The notes under the pieces: model-generated
What the model saw: the letters and a program-made list of their open reading frames with translations, nothing else
Told to the model about the DNA's origin: nothing
Database searches by the model: none
Translations under genes and position numbers: made by a program
Assembly: GCA_963741385.1 (NCBI GenBank)
Contig: CAVUHO010000004.1
Location: forward strand, 72,099-136,098
From: Candidatus Sulfomarinibacteraceae bacterium
GTDB taxonomy: Bacteria; Acidobacteriota; Thermoanaerobaculia; Thermoanaerobaculales; Sulfomarinibacteraceae
Direction of reading: 5' to 3'
Length of the DNA stretch: 64,000 nucleotides
Shown here: positions 1 through 10,948 of the stretch, one piece after another
Position numbering within the stretch: the stretch's first letter is position 1
How the letters are laid out: each line of letters starts with the position of its first letter

Positions 1-800
1 GAACTACGCTACGATTCATCTTCATCAAAAATCCCCTTTCTGTGAGTCCTTGTCGTCGCAGATGGTTACAGTCTTTCTTGAAACCCCGCGTGTTTGGTGA
101 CCATGATTGAAAGTCCAGAGATCGACTGATACCATTCTCACGCTAAGGAGGACGCGCGACTCAGGGGCAGGTAACGGAGTCCAGCCCCATGATTGCTGAG
201 TGGCAGCTGCGCTTAAGTCACCGCCCAGAGCAGCCTCCGGCTACCAAGCCCCCACGGCGATGGCGAGGTGGTTTCCCAACACATCGCGAGCAATGTGCGG
301 TAGAAATTCGAATCCACATCATCCCGGCATCGACGGCGATGATATTGACGTCGAACTCCGGTGTGCCCGACCCCAAGTGGTGGAAAAACCTCCTACCAGC
401 TCAGGTTGATGGCGGAAATGAATCACTCGGTTTCCCAAACCCGCTTCGCCCCCCAACGGCACAAGGGTCTGGTGCACCCACCGTCCCCGACCTCCTCATG
501 CACTTAGCCGTGGCTGTTGAAGCCAAATTCACCGTCCCACACCTTAACGGCACGCCTGGGCGCAGTCTCCCGCGACAACCAATTCCATGGCTCGTGGATC
601 ACCATTCAACAGGCATCAGCCGACCACGACTCGGTCTCGACGCTAGCCACGTCGTTCATCGATTTCGAGAACAAGCATGAGAAGCGATGTTCCGCTACAA
701 TCACTCTCGGTTTCTGGGTTCGGCCACCGCCGCCTACCGGCTGGTGAACCACGAAAGGTGATGACTTGAGTCCCTCGCTCATTTCGAGTCGAATGCGGAC
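1..800 (-). pseudogene. unidentified decayed coding remnant (no intact ORF)
   Basis: The minus strand gives protein-like stretches that jump between all three frames (GTPEFDVNIIAVDAGMM; GFEFLPHIARDVLGNHLAIAVGAW; VIVAEHRF..MNDVASVETESW). The listed ORFs 189..680(+) and 606..818(-) carry no recognisable motif. Family not identified. Confidence 0.2.
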
Positions 801-806
801 TGCCCT

Positions 807-1615
807 ATGAGCCGGCACTGCCTGTCTCTTCTGGCTGCCGCGTTCCTTCTGTCTGCATGTGTTGGGCGCCCCGCGCAGCGGGAGGAATTCATCGTCGATC
901 TCACGTTGGAAACACCTTCCGTGTCGGGGCTACCGACCAGCGTCCTCGGCGACGGTTCGATTGGGAGCGAGGGTGAATTGAGCTCCCTCCGGCTTCCACG
1001 TTCGACTTCTTCGTCGATATACCAATGAGTTCGGTACTGATTCTTGAGGCCGTGACTGGAGAATCTGTCGAGATCTCCCTGCAGCGCGCACTGGGAGGAA
1101 AGCTCACCCAGGAGAAGGTGAATCCGTCTCGGGATAGTGCACGCGAATTGCTATTCCAGACTGCTGAAGCCGGCTGACCCGGCTGTCGTTCCAGTCCGCC
1201 GGAAATGGCAACAACGGAACTGTGATCGTGTACCCCCGTGTCGTGTCCCCGGCCGGAGAACCCAAGGCGACACGGCCGACAGTCCGCAGCGGTTCCACTG
1301 TTGAACGCGGAGTCGCTCGACCCAATGTCATCGTGTATCTCATCGACGCACTTCGCAGAGATCACCTCGGGGTCTACGGATATGAGAAACCGATCTCACC
1401 TCGGATCGACGCCTTCGCCGCCCGCGCGACCGTGTTCGAGGACGCAGTTGCGCAGACCTCGTGGACGAGATCCGCAGTCGCATCGATCTTCACCGGCCTC
1501 GACCCGTTTCGGACGGGTGTGATCGGACGTGACGACACCCTTTCACAATCGGCACGGACGCTCGCCGAGCGTCTCAAGGAATGCGGCTACACCACGGCTG
1601 TCACGTACCCGTTCC
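807..1615 (+). pseudogene. sulfatase-family (alkaline-phosphatase superfamily) lipoprotein, frameshifted and 3'-truncated
   Basis: 807..1028 encodes a lipoprotein signal (LLAAAFLLSAC). In another frame, from ~1318, it reads RPNVIVYLIDALRRDHLGVYGY..AQTSWTRSAVASIFTGLDPFRTGV..LKECGYTTA, a sulfatase-type N-terminal core. The nucleophile position is T rather than the C/S of C/S-x-P-x-R. Similarity ends at ~1612. Confidence 0.5.
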
Positions 1616-2291
1616 TAAAGGTAATTGCGCGGCAGCCATACACCGCCGCCTCGAGCAGCTCCCTCGCTGTCGGGATGACGGTTACCGTTGATCGATTTGA
1701 GGTGGAGGTGCACTCCTCGCCCGTCGGGAAAGGCCGCTTTGAAGGCCTCGACCACGCCGAGTGGGTTCTTGCGTTCGAAAACGCTGTCGAAGTCGAAACA
1801 GAACAGGAACAGGAAGCTCTCCGGGAGGTCGAGCTCATACCGCGACCGCGCCGGAGGTGCCGGCGTCCGGATCGGCAGCGGGAACGGGTACACCGGAACA
1901 TCGACCTTCCTGGCGATGGCCGCCGCGGAGAACGAGCTGTTGGCCCAGATCTCGTCAACCCAGCGGGCGCTCGCCGCCATCCAGTCCGGAAATTCTTCGA
2001 CCTCCCACGCCCACAGGGCGATGTTGTACCGACGGTCCAGCGCCTCCCGGCCGAAATCTCCACGAAATGGTCCATCTGATCTGCGTTGACACCGATGATG
2101 TTGACGTCGAACCGAGGGTCTTTCGAGCCGAAATCGGCGAACTCCGATTGCTGGCGGCTCAATGTGGATGTGAAGGGAATCACCGAGTAGTCGATGCCGG
2201 CCTCACGAACCGCGGAGACGAGCAGCCTGGTGTGCTCACCCACACCACTTTCGGCATGGACGTATCCGTAGATGTTGACCCCCGGCCTCAT
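1587..2291 (-). pseudogene. GT4-type glycosyltransferase fragment with >=2 frameshifts, C-terminal half missing
   Basis: MRPGVNIYGYVHAESGVGEHTRLL..NIIGVNADQMDHF (frame of ORF 1587..2291) continues in the frame of ORF 1615..1980 (ARWVDEIWANSSF..FLFLFCFDFDSVFERKNPLGVVEAFKAAF..HLHLKSING). It then returns to the first frame (ARELLEAA..). It ends where the sulfatase fragment ends. Confidence 0.55.
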
Positions 2292-2392
2292 CGGGCCCCG
2301 TCCGACCAGCCGACATCACCGACCATCGCTGAAAAGACCCTACGGTGGGTGGTGCGTCTGCGAGAGGTCCGATGCACAGCCATCAGCAGCCA

Positions 2393-5079
2393 TCACATTC
2401 CCCGGTTGAAAACCCGCAGGATCTCGCGCCTCCACTGATCCACGGCCTCCCGCCGCCAGGCCTCGCGTGCTGCACGGTCTTTCTCGTCCACCGGCTTCAC
2501 CGAAGCCGAGGCACGTTCACGCACGATCTCACGCATCGCCGCCACCGCGTTCACGATGACCTCGGACGACGCCTCGCCGGATTCGATGAGGATGTCATGT
2601 GATTCGGAAGCCGCGGAGGCCGCTTCAGGGAGTTCCAGCCACCGACCGGTCACCCTCACCTTCCCGGACAACGCCGCCTCGACACCGATCGGCCCCAGCC
2701 TTGGGAAACGGCTCAAATCGAGCAACACATCGCACGCTTCGAGACCTTCGCGTACGACATCAGCGGTGATCGGACCTTCGTGCACCCTCACGGGCAGGTG
2801 GTGAAGCTCGGACGCCAGGGACGAGCGGACTGTTCCAACTACCAAAAGGAGCCCCACCGGCGTCGGCCTGTCGCGGTGGAGCTGCCGCACATTCGAGCGC
2901 CCTCGAAATGGCGAGATCGTCTTCCTCGCCTCGTCCGAAGTCGACTGCGAAGAACCAGGTGCGATCGCTGTCGAGATTGAAACGGGGCTCGCACCCCGCC
3001 CCTCCCGGGTCGTTCGCCGGCGGGCATCACCGGACGGACAGGGACCGGGGACATGCGAACGATTCGATGGGCCTCCCGGTGCGTTGCGCACCCACACTTC
3101 GTCGACTCCGGTCATTTCGGTCGCCCGAACCGCCTCTACAGGGTCGCAGCAGTAGCCGACAATTATCCCACCGGCCCGGCACCCTACCGGGAGCTTCCGG
3201 ATGGCCGGGTTCCACTGAGGCGTGGGCAGTGCCAGCAACGTCACCGGGTAGGGCGCCCCGGACTCGAAACGGATGCGGGCAGTCGTCATGATGTCCGGGA
3301 GGTCGTGGTCGAGCGGGACGACGACGTGCGGGATCTCGGCATCGACGAGAACGTCGCGGATTCCCGACGCGAAGCTCGCGACCCCGTCCGTGCCCTCGAA
3401 GTGGCCGACCAGATTGACGCCGACCGGCGTCCGGGATGAGAAGACCCGGCCGTCGTCGAGGCGGACAGCCGAGCTCGCCACCGTGGCCTGCCTCACGTAC
3501 GGCTGCAGGAGACGAGGTTTGGCCTCCAGCCTGTCGCCACCAGCCAGGGCGTTCCTCAGCCACACCGAAAGCCGGCTCCTGGGAGGCAGGGCCCTGGCGA
3601 TCGGCTCAACCAGACACGGGTGGAGCCCGTAGTCGCTCGAGCCGAACCTCACGAGCCAGTACGCGAACTGGCCGCGATCACCTCCGAGGGGATCGGGAAA
3701 CCTCGCCTGGAGGTCCGGCCGCGCGTCGTAGATCGCGGTCGCCAACCTCGTCAGGACCGGGTCCATCTCGGAGTCGACCGGTTTGTTCAACCAATGCGCC
3801 TCGGCCCCGGGTGCAGACAGTGTGATGCCCCGGATCCTCTTCCATCCATCGTGAAACAGCGACGCCGACAGGTGTGCCCGTAACGGGTCGACGAAGATGT
3901 CGTCCAGGTCGTGCTCAGCCGAGCCTCCCGACACGAACCACTGCGAGAAACGCGGGAGGTCCCGGTCGTCGATCCGTGGAAACTCGGCCTGAAGGTTGTC
4001 GTTGTATTGCCACAGATACAGCGCCGCACGGTTTGCCACCCCCCCATCGAGATGGATCGGGGTTGCCAACCAGGACAGAAACGAGTCCTCACACTCGACA
4101 TCGAAGGGATCAGGCCAGCGCGCGCCGCTCGGATCCACCTCGTGGAGGGCGCGCCGCGCATCTGCAGGAATGGACACGTCGGTGCCGGAGAAACAGCCGT
4201 AGGCGTACGGAACGCTCCTCAAATCGTGCTGTCCGCTGCGACGCACGAGATCGGTGTAGTGTTCGACGAGCGGTCTGAGTTCGGGTCTCGAGGCGAGCTC
4301 GATGCGGTCCTGGTGCCGGCTGATCTGATCGATGTCCTGGAGGTCGACCCCGCTGAAGTGGAAGAAACCGACCCGTCGGCCGTCGATCTCCCAGTGACCG
4401 TCCTGGAGCACCGGGAATCGGTGCGGCAGGTTCCAGTAGGCGATGTTGTAGATGGGGTCGCGCATGATCGCGACTGACTCGAGATACGCCGGTGCGAAGT
4501 CCATCCACGACTGGTCCACGAACATGCCGTTTGCGAGGTCGACGAAACAGTAGCGGTCGAGACGATCACACCACCAGTCGAGGAACCCGCTCGTCCGCCC
4601 GTCCAACCGAAGGCCGAGAAACCCGAGATTGTAGATGCCGCACATCCCGATCACGCGCTCCGGCGGCCGACAGCGGTTGTCGATGGGCTGGGTGAGGTGA
4701 GGGGTCAGTACTGCAAGGTGCTGATCGAGGGCTACTTCGAGACCAGCGAGGCGGTCGTGGATCAGAATGTCGGGGTCGAAATAGAACGCTCGGTCGATGC
4801 CGACGCGATCGCGGAGGTACTTGAAGACAAAAGGTTTGACGGCAGTGTTCAGCTCGAGAATGTTGTATCTGAAGGCGAAGTTGTCGAACCCGTCGATGCC
4901 GAGATCTTCGGCTGAGATGACCTCGAAGGGAAGTCCACCATAATGGACCTTCGGAGACGGTCGGTCGACGAGGCAGGTGAAGACCCTCGCCCCGGGATGG
5001 TGGCGAGATACGAGTCCGCCAACACCCGCGCCATGCCCAGGTAGTTGTTGGACGAGATCGTGAAGGCATCGACCGGCAT
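2393..5079 (-). pseudogene. large two-domain glycosyltransferase (GT-A-like N-terminal region plus GT4-like C-terminal region), >=4 frameshifts
   Basis: ATG at 5079 (MPVDAFTISSNNYLGMARVLADS) shifts frame near 5008 into VSRHHPGARVFTCLVDRP..FDNFAFRYNILELNTAVKPFVFKYL..YFDPDILI. That frame is continuous with ORF 2393..4654, which the track starts at an internal GTG. Between ~3090 and ~2870 the reading passes through two other frames (REAHRIVRMSPVPVRPV; RFNLDSDRTWFFAVDFGRGEE) before returning. Confidence 0.6.
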
Positions 5080-5152
5080 ATGATTAGAAACTTCATCCAG
5101 CGAACTCGCTGGCGTGGACTGAGAATAGCAGGTTGAAGCGGCCGACGGTGCC

Positions 5153-5560
5153 GTGGTATCCCTGGAAGAGGTCAACACTCAGGGAAATCGGCTATCTTCG
5201 GTGTGGGAGGTCACCATCACAACTCACGAAGAACTCAAGGACCTCCGCCGAGTCGAAGGAACTCACAGCGATGGTCCAGGCCCTCCAGCCGTGAACTCGA
5301 CGCCTCAAGCGAGACGACTGGTGAGCGTCGAGATCTCGCGCCCCAGGACGACCGACCACGCGATCGACTCGGGCTGCGCGGAGACAGCACGCGACACCAT
5401 CGACGCCACCGTCGGCGCGCTCCAGACCGACCACGATCGGTCGAAGATGACGGTGTGGTCGCACGAGGAGAGTGTGCAGCGGCTGAAGGCGCTCTGGTCG
5501 GACGCTCAGCGCGACATGACGTCGCTCGCCGAGGCCTTGGCGCGCCTCGATCGCGACTGA
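5153..5560 (+). CDS. hypothetical protein (135 aa)
   Basis: ORF directly upstream of the GT2 gene, on the same strand with a 11-nt gap. No motif recognised and the start is uncertain. Confidence 0.35.
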   Translation: MVSLEEVNTQGNRLSSVWEVTITTHEELKDLRRVEGTHSDGPGPPAVNSTPQARRLVSVEISRPRTTDHAIDSGCAETARDTIDATVGALQTDHDRSKMTVWSHEESVQRLKALWSDAQRDMTSLAEALARLDRD

Positions 5561-5571
5561 GCGATCCAACC

Positions 5572-6570
5572 GTGCGCCTCGCCGCCGTCGTCGTGACCTG
5601 GAACGGAGAACCGTGGATCGCGGCTTGCCTCGACTCTCTGGTGGGACAGGACCGGTGTCCCGATCTCGTGGTTGTCGACAACGGCAGTAAGGACGGTACC
5701 GTTGAAATCGTCGAAGGATTCCGCCACCGCTTCGAGACAGCCGGGGCGACGTTAACCGTTGATCGGCTCGAGTCGAACACCGGTTTCCCGGCGGGCGCGA
5801 ACCGCGGCCTCGATCATGTCCTCCGCGGCGCGGACGCGATCGATGCTGTTCTGCTCCTGAATCAGGACGCGGCGCTCGAACCGGGATGCCTCCAGGCGTT
5901 TGTGAGCGTCCTCCGGGACAGGCCACGGGCCGGCTGTCTCGGCGCGAAAACTCTGTACCCCGAAACCCGCCTTATCCAGCATGCAGGTGGCTTCCTCGAG
6001 AAACCGCGTATGGAGGGTCTGCACCACGGACACCGCGAGGCCGACACTGACGGCCGCCACGACGAGATCCGCGAAGTGGAGTTCGTGACTGGTGCCGCCA
6101 TGCTTCTGCGTCGGACCGCGATCACCGAGGTCGGGTTCTTCAACGAGGTCTTCTCGCCCGGCTACTATGAAGACGTCGAGCTGTGCGACCGGTTGCGAGA
6201 CCACGAATGGCAGGTGGTGTTCACTCCGGCCGCGCGCGTCCTCCACCACGAGTCGTCATCCTTTGCTGACCAATTGGAGCGGCTTCGCCTCTCCCATCGA
6301 AACCGCATCGTCTACCTACTGCCGCGTCTCGCCGACCCGGAGTACGAGGCCAGGTTCACGGCCGCCGAAACCGAATTTCTCGAGCAGAGGGCGACTTTCG
6401 AGGAGGCCAGGGCCGTCAGCGGTGCGGCCCTCGACGTGATGGTTGCGATTCCGGACATCATCCGCCGGAGGCTCGGCGAGTCGCAGATCTCGCCACAGCT
6501 CAGCGACGCCGCCAACCGCGTTCTCGCCGTTCTCCGGACGACCTGTCGGGTAGTGTTGATCCGGTCTTGA
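5572..6570 (+). CDS. family 2 glycosyltransferase
   Basis: GTG start chosen inside ORF 5203..6570. Motifs: VRLAAVVVTWNGEPWI..VVVDNGSKDGT..NTGFPAGANRG..LLLNQDA..FFNEVFSPGYYEDVELCDRL (GT-A fold with DxD-type signatures). Confidence 0.8.
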   Translation: MRLAAVVVTWNGEPWIAACLDSLVGQDRCPDLVVVDNGSKDGTVEIVEGFRHRFETAGATLTVDRLESNTGFPAGANRGLDHVLRGADAIDAVLLLNQDAALEPGCLQAFVSVLRDRPRAGCLGAKTLYPETRLIQHAGGFLEKPRMEGLHHGHREADTDGRHDEIREVEFVTGAAMLLRRTAITEVGFFNEVFSPGYYEDVELCDRLRDHEWQVVFTPAARVLHHESSSFADQLERLRLSHRNRIVYLLPRLADPEYEARFTAAETEFLEQRATFEEARAVSGAALDVMVAIPDIIRRRLGESQISPQLSDAANRVLAVLRTTCRVVLIRS

Positions 6571-6638
6571 GGTGTTGAGATCCTCCGCAATACCGTCTCT
6601 CGCAAACTGGTGCTGTTCGCAAGGCGGTCGGCCCCTCG

Positions 6639-8795
6639 GTGCTATTCTCCAACTCGATGACTCGCGACATGGGTTCGGATGAGGCCGCCGGCGGAATCGA
6701 CATCATCGTCCCCGTCTTCGGTGCACCTGCGCACCTTCGCCGGTGTCTCGCCAGTGTCGAGCGGCACAGCCCCCTGCCGCCGCACAGCCTGATCATGGTG
6801 ATCGACGGTCCGCAGAGCGAGGACGTGAACGAGATCGTGGCCCGCGTCGCCAAACACGACCCGGGAGCGGTCCGGGTCCTTCGCAATGGGACCCGGAAAG
6901 GCTTCGTCGCCAGCGTCAACCGCGGGATGCGCGAGTCGAACCGCGACGTCGTCCTGCTCAACTCGGACACCGAGGTCACCGAGGGCTGGCTCGATAATCT
7001 GCGAACCGCGGCCTACTCGGCGCCGAACATCGCGACCGTGACTCCCCTGTCCAACGCCGCCACTATCTGTTCGTTGCCGGAGTTCCTCGAGGACAACCTG
7101 TTACCGGAGAGCACGACCACCGACGAACTCGGGGAGATCGTGAGCCGGGTGTCGCAGCGCGAGTACCCTCGCCTCCCGACCGGCGTCGGCGTCTGCCTCT
7201 TCATCCGCAGGGCCGCCCTCGACGCGGTGGGGCTGTTTGACGAGTCCCGGTTCGGCCTCGGCTACGGCGAGGAGAACGAGTTCTGCATTCGCGCCACGCG
7301 GGCCGGGTTCATCCACATCGCGGACGACGCGACCTTCGTCTACCACGCCGGCCAGGCGAGCTTTGGATCCGAGAAGACCCGCCGCTTGAAACGTGCCGTG
7401 CGACGGCTGCAGACCATCGACCGAACCTACATCCCCCGGGTCGCGTCGTTCATCGATGCCGATCCCCTCGAGGCTATGCGTAGTCGGGTGGTCGACAGTG
7501 TGTTGGAACGTCACGGCGTTCCGTTCGACGATGCGTCGGGCCGGCCGCTGTCGATCCTCCACGTGGTCCACGGCTGGCCGCCGTTCGACATCGGCGGCAC
7601 CGAGCAGTACGCCCGCCGGTTGGCACTCGAACAGGCGCGTCGCCACCGGGTTTCCGCATTCGTCCGCATCGCCGACGGCGGCCGCGCCACCGGGCAACGG
7701 CTGGCCTACCTCGACCGCGGCGTCCGGGTCCGGCTGCTGGTCAACAACTTCGACCATCGCAACCCGATCACACGCAACGCTTTGAAAAACCTGTGGTTCG
7801 AGCACGAGTTCGACAGGTTCATCCACAGCACGAAACCTGACCTGGTTCACGTCCACCACCTCGCCGGGCACAGCGCCTCGTTGATGGGCGTCATCCGGAA
7901 GCGTCGCCTCCCGATCGTCTACCAGGTCCAGGACTGGTGGGCGCTGTGTGCACGGGCCAACCTCTGGCATGCGGACGGCCGGTTGTGTCCGGGGCCAACG
8001 CCGGCCAGGTGCGCCTCCTGCCTGCCGCTGACCGGGCTTTCACCTCGTGGCCTGCTCAACCGCGCGCTTTACGTCGCGAGAGCTCGTTTGATGAGGCGAG
8101 CCCTGCGACACGCCTCTGCCTATGTGATGGGTTCGGAATCAGTTCGCGAGTGGTATGCGAAGGCGGGGTTGTTCAGGCCAGGTGCGCCCGTCCACGTCCT
8201 CGAATACGGGGTCGACAAACCTGAACGGCGGCGCGAACCCGGAGCGCGGGGGATGGGCCCCATGACCTTCGGTATTGTCGGCGCCCTGATGCCCCACAAG
8301 GGCGCCCACGTTGCGGTCGAGGCGTTTCGGACGATAGATCCGAACGCCGCCCGGCTTCTGATCTGGGGCAACCCCAATGCCAACCCTGACTACAGCGCAT
8401 GGCTTCGGGAACGGGTGGCAGATGGTACGGTCGAGTTTCTGGGCAGGTTCCAGGAATCTGATCGAGACGAGATCCTGTCCTTGATTGACGTCCTGGTCGT
8501 GCCCTCGCTCGGCATGGAAAGCTTCGGTATCGTCGCACGCGAGGCTATCGCCGCCGGCGTGCCGGTCATCGCGAGCCGCCGCGGCGCTCTCGAAGAACTC
8601 GATATCGACGGAGTCTGCGGCGCAACCGTGCCACCGGGCGATTCATGCGCGCTCGCGGAGTGGATCAACAAGCTGATCGAGAATCCGGGGATACTCGACG
8701 CGTGGCGGCGGTCGCTGCCGGCGGTGGCAAGCGTCGAACAACATTCAGCTGCCGTCGAAGAGGTTTACGAGCGGGTTTTTCGAGGTGAACGGTGA
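6639..8795 (+). CDS. bifunctional GT2-GT4 fusion glycosyltransferase
   Basis: N-terminal half is GT2-like (IDIIVPVFGAP..VIDGPQSED..GFVASVNRG..LLNSDTEV..GYGEENEFCIRA). C-terminal half is GT4-like (LSILHVVHGWPPFDIGGTEQY..PSLGMESFGIVAREAIAAGVPVIASRRGALEE). Start could also be 6657 or 6669. Confidence 0.8.
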   Translation: MLFSNSMTRDMGSDEAAGGIDIIVPVFGAPAHLRRCLASVERHSPLPPHSLIMVIDGPQSEDVNEIVARVAKHDPGAVRVLRNGTRKGFVASVNRGMRESNRDVVLLNSDTEVTEGWLDNLRTAAYSAPNIATVTPLSNAATICSLPEFLEDNLLPESTTTDELGEIVSRVSQREYPRLPTGVGVCLFIRRAALDAVGLFDESRFGLGYGEENEFCIRATRAGFIHIADDATFVYHAGQASFGSEKTRRLKRAVRRLQTIDRTYIPRVASFIDADPLEAMRSRVVDSVLERHGVPFDDASGRPLSILHVVHGWPPFDIGGTEQYARRLALEQARRHRVSAFVRIADGGRATGQRLAYLDRGVRVRLLVNNFDHRNPITRNALKNLWFEHEFDRFIHSTKPDLVHVHHLAGHSASLMGVIRKRRLPIVYQVQDWWALCARANLWHADGRLCPGPTPARCASCLPLTGLSPRGLLNRALYVARARLMRRALRHASAYVMGSESVREWYAKAGLFRPGAPVHVLEYGVDKPERRREPGARGMGPMTFGIVGALMPHKGAHVAVEAFRTIDPNAARLLIWGNPNANPDYSAWLRERVADGTVEFLGRFQESDRDEILSLIDVLVVPSLGMESFGIVAREAIAAGVPVIASRRGALEELDIDGVCGATVPPGDSCALAEWINKLIENPGILDAWRRSLPAVASVEQHSAAVEEVYERVFRGER

Positions 8796-10129
8796 GCTCG
8801 AGCTTCCGCGGTTTTCTTGCCTTGGCGATCGAGGTGCTCCGTAGTGAAGGGCCACGTGCGGTGGCAAACCGGGCGCTCGACCGCCTGAGCGACGCCCGCC
8901 GGCTGCGATCGCTGAGACACTTGACCCGCGGCGACCTGCGCCTCGTAACGCAGCACCATCCACCGCCCGTGCTCAACGTGGTGTCCATCCCGCCGTCACC
9001 GAAGAGAGGCGGATCACAGATTCAAATGCTGGATCGTCTCGTGCAGGAGAGGTCGGTACGACCGGTGGGTCTGGCCTACCCCAAAGACGGGTCCGTTCTT
9101 CTCGAGGTGTGGACAGAGAGTGAATCCGGTTCGATCGCGCTTGACGCAAGGCAAGGAATCGCAGCCTCTGTTGCCGAGGCCGCCCGCCTGATCGCCACGG
9201 ACACCGTTCACGTGGAGAACAACAACGGCCTACCGTTCGGCCTCATCCCAGACCTCGGAGATCGCGGCCTCCGCACAGTACTTTCCGTTCACGACTTTTC
9301 TTTGTTCTGCCGAAGACCTCACCTCATCGAGAGCACCACAGGGCGCTTCTGTGAATACTCCACGGACGACGATCGTTGCCGCGCCTGCCTTGCCCATGCC
9401 GAGGACGCGATCAAGACCTCACAAACAGACCATCGACGGGCGGCTGCCAGGATTCTCGAACAAGCGGACGCTGTGGTCTATCCGTCAGAGTTCCTTCAAG
9501 TCGCTCACGAGAAACTCTTCCCAGAGACCAACCATTCCGCAAAGTCCGTGGTGATTTCCCCAGCCACGTCGCGGATCCTTGCCCCGATCACGAGGCCTGC
9601 GAATCCACCAGCGATTGCCTTCGTGGGCGGTTGTTACGAACACAAGGGAGGCACCTTGATCGGCCCGGTCATGGAACGCATCACGGCTGAGATCCCGGGG
9701 CTTCCTGCCTTTGTTTACGGCAATGGAGATCCTCGGTTGACACGAGAAGTTCGACGTATCAGCCGGGTGTGGGTCCGCGGCTACTATAGGCAGGGCAGTC
9801 TTCCCTCACTCCTGACCCGCGACCGCGTTACCGTCGCGGTGCTGCCGTCCATCTGGCCTGAAGCCTACGCCTTGGTGGTCGACGAATGTCTGGCATCCCA
9901 CGTGCCGGTGGTGGCGTTCGATCTCGGGGCCGTCGGCGAACGGCTGAGAGCCTGGGGCACCGGCCGTCTGGTGCCGCCCAATGACGGTGCCGACGGGCTG
10001 GCGAAGGCGATCCTCGAGGTTCTGGCGAACCCGCCAGACGTCTCGAGGGCCGTTATCGACCACCTCCCCCGCCCGGACGAAGCCGCACGCAGGCACATCT
10101 CCCTCTATCAGCGGATGGGCCCGGGTTGA
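8792..10129 (+). CDS. GT4-like glycosyltransferase
   Basis: GTGA start/stop overlap with the upstream gene. C-terminal region LPSIWPEAYALVVDECLASHVPVVAFDLGAVGERL resembles the GT-B E-x7-E region. Confidence 0.65.
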   Translation: MSSSFRGFLALAIEVLRSEGPRAVANRALDRLSDARRLRSLRHLTRGDLRLVTQHHPPPVLNVVSIPPSPKRGGSQIQMLDRLVQERSVRPVGLAYPKDGSVLLEVWTESESGSIALDARQGIAASVAEAARLIATDTVHVENNNGLPFGLIPDLGDRGLRTVLSVHDFSLFCRRPHLIESTTGRFCEYSTDDDRCRACLAHAEDAIKTSQTDHRRAAARILEQADAVVYPSEFLQVAHEKLFPETNHSAKSVVISPATSRILAPITRPANPPAIAFVGGCYEHKGGTLIGPVMERITAEIPGLPAFVYGNGDPRLTREVRRISRVWVRGYYRQGSLPSLLTRDRVTVAVLPSIWPEAYALVVDECLASHVPVVAFDLGAVGERLRAWGTGRLVPPNDGADGLAKAILEVLANPPDVSRAVIDHLPRPDEAARRHISLYQRMGPG

Positions 10130-10145
10130 TACCGTATCGGGTACG

Positions 10146-10631
10146 ATGAGAGCTGAGGAAGAGGCTGTGGAAGAAGCATCCAAACCCCAGTTCGGTAGCG
10201 GCCGGCTCGCCGCGGAGCATCTCGATCTGCACCTCCGTTTGGTCGAAACCAGGGAGCGGATGGCCGCGATCTGTGCGGACCGATTCAGCCATCCCCAGGT
10301 CGCAGCGAGGGCGCGCCAATGCGATCGGCACCCGAGCGACCCGCTCGAGGACCAGCGCAACAGGAGACTCCTCCGCGACCACCTCGACATGTGCCAGGCC
10401 ATCGCGTCATCGCTTCCGTGGCGGGTGATCGAACTCGCCGCGCGACCGTCTCATCGAACGATGGTCAATCCTATAACGGCAATCTCGCCATCCGGGATCG
10501 AGGCGATCACCGATCCCGCGGAGATCCGACGTCGTCTGGACGAGTCCGGAGAGTATCTGGCTCGGGTCATGGGGTCACAAAGTTGGAGATGGCTTCAGGG
10601 TATGCGGAATGTATTCGGGAGGCGTTGGTGA
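10146..10631 (+). CDS. hypothetical protein (161 aa)
   Basis: ATG at 10146 inside ORF 9981..10631. Ends in ..GSQSWRWLQGMRNVFGRRW. No catalytic motif recognised. Confidence 0.4.
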   Translation: MRAEEEAVEEASKPQFGSGRLAAEHLDLHLRLVETRERMAAICADRFSHPQVAARARQCDRHPSDPLEDQRNRRLLRDHLDMCQAIASSLPWRVIELAARPSHRTMVNPITAISPSGIEAITDPAEIRRRLDESGEYLARVMGSQSWRWLQGMRNVFGRRW

Positions 10632-10948
10632 GTTCAGGAGACGACCGGGACCGGCAGATCGCCGAGCTGTGCGAGCAGGTGGCGGCATTAGAGGAGATCG
10701 TCCGCCGTCGCTCGGATGAGCTGCGCCTCATCCAGAAGCTCGCCTGCCCGAAGGACCGGCTCATGATCGGGTCGATCTTCGACGGCGGCGCGATGCGCGA
10801 GATCCAGCTGGCGTCGATTGACGAGTATTACGCGATGGGCTGGTTCCCGGAGACCACCCACTTTCTCCCGTCGAGCGTCGAGGCGGCGCTCGACGACGCG
10901 TGGCAGAGCGCGCCCGCGCGCCCGGCCGATCTGGAGAAACCGACGTGA
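10628..10948 (+). CDS. hypothetical protein (106 aa, coiled-coil-like N-terminus)
   Basis: GTG at 10628 gives a GTGA overlap with the previous stop, and a second GTGA overlap joins it to the next gene. Frame of ORF 10319..10948. Confidence 0.35.
   Translation: MSSGDDRDRQIAELCEQVAALEEIVRRRSDELRLIQKLACPKDRLMIGSIFDGGAMREIQLASIDEYYAMGWFPETTHFLPSSVEAALDDAWQSAPARPADLEKPT

Noticed and set aside
100-200. RNase P RNA-like motifs (GAAAGTCC at ~108, GGGGCAGGTAAC at ~164)
   Set aside because: The spacing between the two motifs is wrong, the other conserved regions are absent, and no coherent P1-P4 pairing could be drawn. Most likely a coincidence inside a decayed coding region.
189-680. ORF 189..680(+), 163 aa
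   Set aside because: It has no motif, its composition is not protein-like (Pro/Arg/His-rich), and the opposite strand shows better, though broken, coding signal.
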